Assembly (NCBI RefSeq): GCF_000150275.1
Contig: NW_002060971.1
Location: 41,212-105,211, forward strand
Length of the DNA: 64,000 nucleotides
Direction of reading: 5' to 3'
Source: Trichoplax adhaerens
Taxonomy: Eukaryota; Animalia; Placozoa
Shown: positions 14,646 through 26,700 of the stretch, one piece after another
How the letters are laid out: every line of letters begins with the position of its first letter
Position numbering within the stretch: the first letter of the stretch is position 1
Translations under genes and position numbers: made by a program
Notes under the pieces: model-generated
Seen by the model: only the letters and a program-made list of their open reading frames with translations
Databases searched by the model: none
Told to the model about the DNA's origin: nothing

Positions 14646-16912
14646 TTGATTGATGATCGATAGCATTATGAATTAAATGAAATAACCTTAAGATAAACAA
14701 CAATAAGTAGGCAAAAATGATGCTGCATCAGTATTAAGAAGTAATTTCTAGCATAAAATATGTAAAGGGCTTGTCCTTTATCCTATTATACAGAAACTGT
14801 GGCGCTATTAGGTCCTGGAGTGAACGCCCATAAATAAAGCAGTGATAAAATTAACAATTTTCAGGCAATCACAGGAAAGGCATCACTTCCGTCAACCAAT
14901 TTCAAGTCCGAAATAGAGATGACCTCTATTAGCTTTATATTTTCTTATAGTATCAGCTGTGGCAAGAAGAGGGCACCAAACCCAATTTAAACTAACCTAC
15001 GCGTGAAATAATTTATTAAAGATGGAAAATACTTTATCATTGTTATTATTTCAATTTGATATCATAAAAATTGCAAGAAAATTATGACCTTTCTAATTTT
15101 TATAAACTACAAGTTTACCGAACCCAGTCTAGACAAGCTTAGGCATGGAATTATTTATCAGGGATAAGTAAAATAGGATCTTTAATTTTCTTATGAACTA
15201 CAACTTTACTGAATCCAGTTTAGACAAGCTTAGGTGTGAAAGAATTGATCAGGGACGCATAGGAATCATAGAACCTGCAAGAAAAATTGGGCCTCTAATT
15301 TTTCCATGAATCACAAATTTACTCTCGAACAAGCCTAGCTGTAAACTAATTTATCAGGATGGATAGGAACCATAGATATCGTAAGAAAAAATAAGACCTT
15401 TAAATTTTTGTTATGCACTACGAGTTTATTTATGTGATCGGGCTAATTTCTCATTCTATTTTTTCAGGGTATTACCTGTTGCAAAGAGAGCGCCAATCCT
15501 AATCTAGACTAGCCTAGGTACGAAATAATTTATCGAAGATGGAAAAAATTGATGCAAGAAATTTGACCTTTCATTCTTTTGTGAACTACAACTTATCAAA
15601 CCTAGTCTAGACAAGCCTAGGCATGTAATAGTTGATCAGTAAGGGATTGGAATCATAAATATCGCGAAAAAATAGAACCTTTAAGTTTCTAATGAATTGC
15701 TAGTTCATTTATACTGTACGATCGGCTAATTTATCATTTCATGGAGGAAGTTAACAGACGACATAAATCTTTTAACTTACTAATTTTTGTAAAGTGCTTA
15801 TGAAGAGTTTTCATGCTAATTAGATTCTACCTGGTCGATGATCTTGCTGCTATTCCATCTCATAGAAGCGAGATAATGATCACTTTTCCGGTTTTTTATA
15901 GGGCCCTCTCGATCATCTTTTACGGCTACTTTACTCCGACCTCAGTTTTCTTACAGAGAACAGATAATCATTTCATCTAATTTCCTTGCAACAGCTTCCC
16001 TAATACTTCAGTTCTTAGATAGCAAATTAATTATTGGTCCTTCAGGATTCTCTGAAATCACTTTTTTGCTTTAAATCCACATTTCAAATATTAAGCTGCT
16101 TTACGCCTAACTTTGTGTTATAATTAGATTTTGGATCCTTACAAATTTTCTCCTATAATTTGTATAATCGTATGTAAGATGCACCTTTTCCTACACATTC
16201 CTTCTACAGTAGCTTAGCAATAGATTCAAGATCGTCAATTATACAGCCGTATAAAATGCATAGTACAATATTGCATAGCCAGCCGGGAAAGGAAGCATTA
16301 TTTATTAAAGTTAGACACCATCTCTACATCAATGCTTAAAGAGCAAGTAAAGAGTAATGGGCTTTGATTAATTTAGATTTTATATCCATTTCGTTGTTTA
16401 AAAAAACGGTGCAATAATATCTAAAACTAGTGTTATTACTAAATGCGATTTCATAACATTCGAAAATGATGTAATCATTTGTTAAAATAAAATGTAAGCA
16501 ATAAACACGACCAAACTCTTACTCACAGGGTATAAAAATCTTATAGTAAAAGGACTAGCTTAAACAATGTAAAAATTAATCATTTAATTTGTAGATATTA
16601 TATAAATCTAGGAATCACTGCATGTACGTTCATTACTACCAAAGTGAATGATATAATAAAGACTTGCTATCAAAGTAGTTCAATTAGCATAACAAGCTAA
16701 GCACTTTCGATAATCAATCATGCCCCAATATAACAACACAGTTACTGCATGTTAATGCTATCGTGCAATGAAGCAAAATTGAAACCAATCTAATTCAAAT
16801 TTGGGGGTTCAAAAACGCTAAATGTAGCCGAAATATATCGTAGATATATTTTGTGTAGGATCAAATCAAGATAGTCATAAACGGAAATTTCAACAATACG
16901 CATGTCAACAAC

Positions 16913-19900
16913 TTATACAGCAGTTTGATAAGTGCCTTGCGCTGTTAGACCGTTTTCTTCGTTCTCTATTTCTTTATCGCATGATAAGTCATAACTTTCC
17001 ATCTCTTCTTGGGTTTTAGGAACAAACAACAATTTTACAAACCGCTATAGAATAAGATAATACGTTTAGATTAATCAGTATGCTGTTATATCAGTCAAGA
17101 ATATTTTGCAAATGCTAATGCTTACTTCTATTACTGTTCCTTGCGTAGTAAATATTTTGTAAATAGCTCCAATTACAATACCGGATAAACATATGGCCAT
17201 CATAGTCCAGCCAGCAAATTCACCCCACCATGGATAAAGATTGCCATAACCGAATGTAACAGGTTTATAGTCAATGCAGCTGAAAATGAATATCATCTAG
17301 TAGAGTGAAATAAAATAAGGCTATTAAGATAGTAAGAATAATAGTTTTAATATCAATCTACCTTTAAGCAGGTATTACCCATCGAATAAGAATCATTTAC
17401 GAATGCTGTACAGTATATTGGCTATTAAGTACGATAATAAGACAGGTTGTCTTTATATCATTCTATCCCTAGGCCAGTATTATCGATTAAATAAGAATCA
17501 TTTATACTATATAAAGGCTGTTAAGGAGCAGGACGAATTGTTTTAATATCAATCTACCCCTAGGCTGTATTATCCATTGAATAATAATCATTCATGCTGT
17601 ATAGCTAATAAGTCTACATGATTTGAAGAAATACCATGATCATTGCCGGAGTCATAATATACCAAGAAATTCTCCATGGAATCCAGACTGGTTTATTTAT
17701 AATTCGACTAATATTGTTGGCAAATCGGTTACCTCCTTTTCAATTGGATATTAACAAGACAAAGTGAATAATAAAACAGTTAACATCTGAAATTGATACA
17801 TTTAAAATCGCTTGATACGTCTATTTATCCTGTACCGTAGCAATAGCTAACAGCTACCAACTCAATAATGGCAGTTATAAATGCTGTAAAATCTGCGGTG
17901 TACCAACTGAGTAGTGTGATAATGTAGAATCCACCCTGTAAATAGCCAGCTGATATTATACACTCATATCTAGATATTTTTGCATTTATGTTATAAAATA
18001 TTTGATTAAGTAACGCAAATAGTATATTCATTTGTTAGACTAAAGTATTTATAGTTCCAAGTTTTTAATTAGTAGTGTACTAACCCTAGTTACGCAAATT
18101 AATCCAGGAAGAAACATGAAAATACATACACCAAGCGTTGTACATGGCCTATATGGTAGTAATTTCGGCCATAAATCGCTGAATCCAGTCGTTATAGTTT
18201 CCAAAGCACCCATCTGCAATAGGAAAAAGCGAATAATTAATCTAATAAGACTACTAATCAATCAACTTGCTGTTAGCCCTTACTATTCAATAAAGCGGAG
18301 TAAAATAATATATTCTAATCTGTAAGGGTAAACAGAAATGATTTCTATACAAATATAGTATAGACTTACCAAAGTGTCGATGCCAAGTGTAATCAACATA
18401 GCGAAGAATAGAACTGACCAAACATTAGCTCCAGGTAGAGTCGCTAAGCCGGCTGGATAAGTCACAAATGCAAGACCAGGACCTATGGAACAGTACTGAC
18501 ATTGATAAATAAACTATACAACTGCCCTCACAATTGAAAACCATTTTGTGATAGTATAGCTTAGAAGACATTAATTATTATTTCTCTTTTATGCCCTAGT
18601 ACATCTTGTCAAGAAATGGAAAACCGGACAGTAGACTGATTTAATCGCCGTTATTTTTAATAAGTAAGAATTCACCTTGAGTGGCTACTTGCGCAATAGG
18701 AACACCACCTTGGTCGGATAGATAGCCAAGGATAGAAAAAACGACAAAGCCACAGAAGAAGCTTGTAGCATAATTAGTAAGACTGATGATTATGGCATCT
18801 CTATAAATTTGGTTGTTAAAATGGGGTGAAAATGAATTATTCATGGTCATTCATGAATATCTGTACTATTTCAGTGGATAAACATTATTCGAATAGAATT
18901 TTTTAGCCCAGATTACCTTAAAATATTATTGTTTCTTTTATTATAACTAGCCAAAGTAATTGTTGGGCCAATACCAGTACCTAAGGAATAAAATATTTGT
19001 GTTGCTGCATTGCGCCAAGTCTGTAAATCAAGTGAAATTGGGTTAATGAATTGGATCATGGTCTTCCAAAAAAAAGTCGAATTGAAGCGGTAATGCCTTC
19101 TTCTATTGTATGCAGAAGAAAGGAAAAGATTTTTCTGAAATATTTTGTTTTCATAGAAACCTACCCTTGATTGCTTCAGTTTATCCAAGTCGACTCTTAA
19201 ATAGAAATCAATACCCAAACCAGCACCCTTTAATGTAATCCCTCGAAAGAATAAAACAATTAACACCAAGTATGGAAATGTGACCGTAAAGTATACCACC
19301 TGTTCAATTGAAAACCAGTATAAGTAATTCTATTTCGATAAAAATTATTTTGGGATTATGCTATTATGTCACTTTACATCAATTATAATATTGATTGCAT
19401 AAAGCGATTTTTGCTAATAGGATATGATTATTCCATACTTATTCTATAAAATGTAGAATTACTGGATATATAGACTTATCCAAGACATTAGCTAGACCGA
19501 TTCAGTCTATGTCATCTCTTTACGTTTTATGTTCATTTATAGTGCAGTATTTTTAGAAACTGTCGGATTTACCTTTCCTGACCATTTGATACCCTTGAAG
19601 ATAGAAAAGTAAACAACAATCCAAGATATAAGTAATAGCAGTGCTAGTTCCCATTTAATTGGCCCAAGGTTACTAGGATGATTACTTATTTCAAGTAATC
19701 CATGACTAGAGCGATCAAGAAAATATGAAAGTGATGAACTTAGGAGTAGTATGAAGATAATGAACAGTTTAAGTACATAAAGTAGTTGTTTTTGCATGTG
19801 AATAAATTGATAACAAACATCATTTAGTGTAAATAATTACAAGAAAAATTCTTCACTAGGAGAAGTTCCTGATACGTTTGGCATTGATTCATTTCCAGTC

Positions 19901-21140
19901 AGGCAATTTTCTGTATTCCAGGCATTATCACATGTAGTCCAAGGAAGCGGATCGACGAAGCTTGCAATTAAAAAGTAAAACACCCAGGAGAAAAGGACAA
20001 CGTAATATATTCCAAACAAAAGCATCTGCATTATCATAGAGACACCAATTCCTGGAATAGACAGAAGAAATCTAACTAAATTATGAAATGCTAGCAATTG
20101 CCAGCTGAAATGAAGGCGAGCATAATTAGCACAATGCAACAGCATGGCCAGTCGAAAGCAATATTGTCATAGCTCATTATTACCTGTTAATAATGGACAG
20201 ATATTATTAAATGCCTTTGTTGGACCTTGACGAAAGTATTGGCCTATGCCGAGTTCCAAAGCCATCAGTGGTATACCACACACGAACAGAAATAACGTAT
20301 AAGGGATTAAAAAGGCACCTAACGTAGATAATTATACGTATACAGTGTTTTAGAACAAATTATATGCAGTTCTATGCTAAACAATATGTTTTCAAGTATT
20401 GAGAATTTTAATACGCAATTTATCAGCAAATGCTCTTATACTACAGCTAACGGAATATTGCTACCTGAATTCAAGCTGATATAAACAATTCGATAACCTT
20501 ACGATATAAACTGTAAGAATAATAAATAAATATTCTTCGATTTGTAAAGTTGTTGAAGCGATCTTGCACAATATTTAACAGTTAGCCTCCATCCTTTACA
20601 TAAAAATCCGATTAACTGCTAAAACTATTGTCTTCTACAAGGATATTAAATATTCTTCGATTTTTAAAGTTGTTGAAAGCAATCGCGTATAGCATACAAC
20701 ACTTGTCCTCTATCTTTTATATAAAAATGTGGCAAATGGTATCTTTCCGTGAGACAATTAAATATTCTTCGACTTACAAGGCTGTTGTAGGCAAATGCCT
20801 ATAACATTCTACAGCTATTCTCTACCCTTTACGAAAAATACGGCTAAGAGTCAAACTACAATCTTTCCGAAATCAATATCAACAATACTCTAATTGTATG
20901 GGAGCAGTCATCGATATCAGTAGCCGTGTGAGCAAATTAGCATCCGAGCTCACCTCCACCATTATCATAGCAAAGGTATGGGAACCTCCATAGGTTGCCC
21001 AGCCCAACAGCATAGCCTATACAGGACAGCAAAAACTCAATTTTCTTATCCCAATGGCCACGAGCATCTTGTGCTTCTTCATCATCTACTTTCTTCTTAT
21101 CCTGTTCAATATCGTTTTCTTGCTTTTCATTTGGAACCAT
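16913..21140 (-). CDS. Complete SLC6 Na+/Cl--dependent transporter, amino-acid (glycine/proline/GABA-like) type, 13 coding exons, 591 aa
   Basis: Exons 20954-21140, 20184-20318, 19841-20051, 19573-19705, 19165-19299, 18917-19020, 18676-18800, 18370-18482, 18085-18213, 17836-17935, 17635-17735, 17126-17296, 16913-17044 (1776 nt; GT-AG, phases consistent). Motifs: [75 protein letters not shown]. Confidence 0.95.
20520..20870. repeat. Intronic tandem repeat, ~115-120 bp x3
   Basis: aaatattcttcga recurs at ~20528, 20648 and 20760 with similar downstream sequence. Confidence 0.75.
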
Positions 21141-22959
21141 TTTTCGTTTCGGTGCCAGTAATCTGTGATTCTAAAGTGCCTGATTCAGATATGGTGTAAT
21201 ATCAACTAGAACTGAATCCAATGGAGAGCCAATACGGTAATTAATTATTCTAGCTAGTTTGACAAGGTCTCGCAAATTGAATTCAATTTGCTCAATAATT
21301 AATAGACCGCAAAAATAGTCGTGGTAAGGTTATATAAATATCAGTTGATAGGATTGCTATAAATGTATAGAAATCTTAATACATGACCAACAAACTACGA
21401 ATTAAGTGAAATAAAATTAGTTATAAGCATACAAAGCTCATATGACTGTTTTATTCGATTAATACTACGGTACCGCCCCAGGCTATCACCGTAATATTAT
21501 ATTATGAAAATACGTGGGTCTATATTAGAAAGGAACTGTGAGATTCTAATGTTTCCATTGCAACACTAAAGTAATGCCATAGAATATTTAACAAGAGCAA
21601 CTTGAATGCTGAGATTATCACGACCGGATATCAAAGACTGATTCAATTAAAGCTATTACCGATTAGACAAATTACGGCCATAACTAACTTAAATATAATT
21701 GATTGTTCCTGTAAGAAATCAAGAGATTATGTATATTGACATAGAACTTGATGGCTACCGTAAACGGGTTAGATGTACGCATATGTTGGGATGGTAGAAT
21801 ATTGCTTCATTTTTTTTAAATTTGCCAGGGCTTACAAGATTACGCTAGCTAGGATATAGCGGTATACTGTGTCTATGGAATACGAGGATCTACTTTATGC
21901 TTGATGATTTGTAGGAATAGAAAAGTAGGCAGACATTTTAATATGACCTACCTTTACTTTCTAGCAGCCTTGGATAATTTATAAATCTGTCAGTAAGTTT
22001 CAGTTATTTTTTGTTCATATTTTGTCGTTTAAAATAGAAACGACTAGTAAGTAATGATGACTTACGCAGGTGAATAAAGTTATATTTAAAACTAGCATAA
22101 TGCTTGATGGCCAAATTATTGCGTTTTTGCTAAAGATTTTTCTTATCAAAGTCTTAATACTGATCAATCTGCAGCTAATTTCGTTTTGGGTAATGAGATT
22201 AACTCTACTAATGGCTTAGACAATTGCTGTTATTATTTGACTGATTTTAATCCTACGTAGTGAATTTACTGAACAATTATTATGGAAGGATTGGTTCGTT
22301 TTCAATTATCATTTTCTGGGAATTAGCAATCGCCTCAGCACCATATGGTGCTCTTAAATGATATGGATCATGCCAATCTATTTTAATTGCTATTAGAAGA
22401 ATAGAATACAATTGGCTTTTAATTGCACCAAAAGTAATTTAAAATCCCATTTCGATAATTATCAGGATTGAAGGCAATTTTATGAAAGATATTTATACAC
22501 TCCCTTATTCAGGCATTTAAAAAGCGATTGCTAAACTGCCCCTATTCTATTTTAATCTAGTGAGTTCTAGGTATCCAATGGCATTCAGCACAATCGTTTT
22601 GTTGATCGAAAATCTATATTAGCAAGGGAAGGCTATCGAAAAGGAGATTAACTACCTGCTCTTTTCAGGCAAAGCTTGCTAGGAATAAATCACAACAGAG
22701 CAATTCTAGATATGGTCATCGTTATAGATGGGTCCTGATTTATCACTAGGTTTTGAGCACCTTTTAAAAGCCATTACTTCTTATATTAGTAAATATCTCC
22801 TTCAAAATGCCTCTAGAACTAAACCATTCGTATTAGAGAAATAAGTTTTTCTGATGGATCATAGGGATAGCAAGAATAAAAGCGTTCTTTCTATAGTAAT
22901 AATAAACTAGTACCGCACTCGGTGACAAAGCAATTCTTATATAACCTCTCAAGATTGAT

Positions 22960-23295
22960 GCTATTCGATTTCCCAAGCTAAGATCGAAACATCTCAGATC
23001 TAAGAAGTTTCTGATAGGATCCTAAAATTGATCCTAATCGATAGACTAAGCTAAGATCGAGAAATCTTAGATCTTAAAAATTTCATATAAGATCTTAACA
23101 TTGATCCTAATCGACAGCCTACGCTAAGATCAAGAAATCTTAGAGCTAAAAATTTTTTATAGGATCTTTACACTGATCCTAATCGATAGCCCAAACTAAG
23201 ATTTAGAAATCTTAAACCTAAAAAATCCCTTCAATGATCTCAATATTGTTGCTAATAGATAGCCCAAGCTACGAGTTAGAAATTTCAAATCTTAT
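22960..23295. repeat. Tandem repeat, ~73 bp x4-5, in the divergent SLC6/ADCY10 intergenic region
   Basis: gatcctaatcga at 23030, 23103 and 23175; gctaagatc..gaaatcttaga units. Confidence 0.85.
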
Positions 23296-23775
23296 TAAGT
23301 CCGGTTCTAAACCATCATTGATTGATTCAACTAGTAAACTCGATTTCAAATAATTGTTAAAGTGTTATACAAAAATAGACTGTTGTTTATTTTTAACATG
23401 AAATTTGCCGTATAACGTTGTCCAAAGATGACAATGATAAAAAATAATCGACACCAAATTTAGCTAATCTATAATCGTCAACAGAGTTATATATGGCTTG
23501 AAAAATAATGCCTGCATAGTTTGTTATGAATATTCATCTGCTCATGGGAAGAAAGAAAATATTATGAATTATGAGTAGGTAAACCAGTGGTAAACTAACG
23601 CAAAATTAGGCTATCGATATCTTTTCCCAGGTGTTTCTTTGCAGCATTACCACATCTGTGAAAAGACATCCAAGACTTGTTTCAACGAGTCGAAGATATC
23701 GCCATCATTGATTGATTCCATCTTGACGTTATCCGCTTATTCCTATGTGAAACTAGCAGTTCTGATCGTTTAACT

Positions 23776-26700
23776 ATGATGGAGGCAACTAGTAAAGATA
23801 TTCACTCTGATGCCAAGAAAAATGTTTGTCCGTTATTTCTTTTTCGATAGTGAACAGTCTGCAATAAACATTAACATTATATATTCATTTCGCCTTGTCT
23901 TGCTAAAGATCTTTTATTGATAACCGACATTAGGCTCAAGATTTCCAAATTATCAAACATGTACCTGATATTTTAGTCCAATTTCATCAAGTTTCTCGAT
24001 CACCTCCGTATAGACAAACTATACGCTGTGTCAGTATGATAGTAGATATAAAAGGTTAGTTAGTAGGATTTTTTCCGGATGTGATAAAACTGGCCATAGA
24101 CTCAATTTGTTCCGTATAGAGCAAATCTCCTAGCCCATTTTGAAGATTTCATGTATCAGTTTTACAGTTTAATCGTTTCATCTATGCCATCACGGTTATT
24201 ATTCCACCTTTATCAGATAATAGATATAGTCAGCTAATTTCTAGTCCAAGTTGCCCTCTATATCTCTTCTTTCTTAATTGGATAGGATTTACTCTTCTCA
24301 TTTATATACCTCTTTTCTAAATTGGATAGAATTTTACTGTTATGCTTGTTGAAATCTATCTTTTCTTAGTTGGATACGATTTACTGTACTGCTCTGCTCA
24401 TTGATACTGTCTCTATCATTTCTCAATTGGAAACGATTTACTACTCTATCCGTTAACATCGATCTGTTCTCAGTTGTATAGGATTTACTCCTTTCCTTAG
24501 TTACAGTACATTTTTCTTTTCTCAATGGGATAGAATTTGCTGTTTTACTCATTGTATCAACGTGTATCTTTTCTCAAATTAGATAGGATTTACTGCTTTG
24601 TTCATTAATATCTATTTTTATTCATTTGGTTAGGATTTACTGCTCTCTGTGAACGCTATACAAACGAAGTTGGTTATAGAGGCGCTGATCATTTAACTAA
24701 GACTCTTAATAAATATTTAAGGGTAATCATTGAAGGTGATTGAATATTTTATTATTTCACTCTGCCTACAATTTATTAGCTAGAAATTTCAATTTGTCTC
24801 TTATAAGAAAATTGAATATAAAGTCTTCTCCTTATTCTAGGTATCCTCAGATGTCAAGGGGATATATTAAAATTTGCTGGTAATATTCAAAGTTATGTCT
24901 ACTCTATTTCAATCCCTTTAACTTAAGCTGTATTGGCTTTTATTTACTATTATTCAATCAATTTAGGAGATGCTATTTTGGCTTGCTGGTATGGCTGTGA
25001 TAATAGCAGAAAAGCGGAACAAATTATACGAAAAGTCATTCTTTGCAGCCTCATGATTGAAGAAATATGCACCAACTGGGATACTGGAATTGGGGTTTAT
25101 CTATCAGTCAAAACAGTTATATCGTATGGTGATGTTGCTGTTTTATATGTTGGAAATGATCAATATGGAGTACGCCATTTCATCACTCATGGTCCTATCA
25201 TCGATGATATGAGAAGGGGACAAGAAATCGCATCTCGCATGAGCATTGGAATTACATTAGTTAGCCAGCTTGCTTGGAAATTCTTAGTATCATTCTCCAT
25301 CGAAGCTAAAGACGTCGAATTAGGCTTTAAGGCCGTATGTCATTTAGCAATTCATGATATCAGGAGTAATCAATAAAAATTCTTCATAATCAGTCTGACG
25401 TAATTAGCTATAATGTCGTCTTCAATCAATTTCTTTACTAGATCTACAAGCAAGAAAGTATCCATTGCCAAAGCTTTCAATATCAAATAGAATTTCCAGG
25501 TAAGAGAATGATAGTCTTTGCATCGCTACTGTCACTTGTATGTAAAGGGTTCAATAAAGTAGAACTATGGTCAAATCTCTCTCCTAAATCTTAAAATATT
25601 ATTATAGTTCGAGATAGCTTAGAAATATTACCTATCCAAAAAGATGTCGAGAAATTTATCTCTCCCGTGGTTATATCAAAGGTAATATTTATGATTATAT
25701 TTATAATTCTCTCGCACCCGCTTTATCGTTATTAGTGGTCATTATTAGCTATTATTTTACTTATGGATAAAATATCCTGCACAAAGTGAGCCCTAATTTA
25801 AAGTTTACTATTTGACTAGCTAATAATCAACGAATACATTAAGACATTTAATTAAATCACGTATAAAATATAATTTCATTAGTTTGATAGGTATTATTCC
25901 CTAAGGTTATGAGGAAGAGATTTTAACGTCGTTGAAAAATTTATTGATTTTTCTCTGGCGGCATGGACTAATAAAAATTTTAATACAGCGTTATTTGCTA
26001 GAATTTTATTCCTCAGATATTGGAAAAGAGATAAACTCTGATTTTGTGTTTTCAGTTTGCTTATATTAGTATTAATGATACACGCTGATCAACTTTAAAT
26101 ATTAATATTTTCTACTAAAATTAATTTCTTTATCTTATCAGTTACTATCGATTAAGAGGGGAATTTTGCTAGCTGCAGTAACATTTCCCGCATCTAGTGC
26201 ATCTTATGAGATATATCGAGCCATTTTTTACGTTTAGTTTAGGAAAAATTAAAAATAATATCAGCCATAACATCAAGCCATATCTCAATTAACTAGTGCA
26301 GCAATCAGGCTTGCTTATCACTTTGCATGTACAATTAATATTAAGGTTATGAAATACTTTGCTTAGTGGTATCCTTCGGTAACCCATAAGGAAAGCCTCT
26401 GTCATTGAAATGCTATTAGTGGTTCAATCCTATATATAAGAACACATTAGGAATTGTGATGACATTTCGTTTAAAAATTTATTTAATTACAACTAAAAAG
26501 AAGACGAGTTATTATTTGCATTTTCCAATTCACTTATATCATCAGTTCTATTTATATGTTAATGCCTTTGTCGACAGTATTTGGTGTAAAGACTTTCAAT
26601 TTACAATTTGAATGAACATCGATAATCTTTGGATATGTAAAATTTTCTCTTGTGCAGATTACTTCCGGTGAAGGAATTGAATACTTATCGGAAATTGTTC

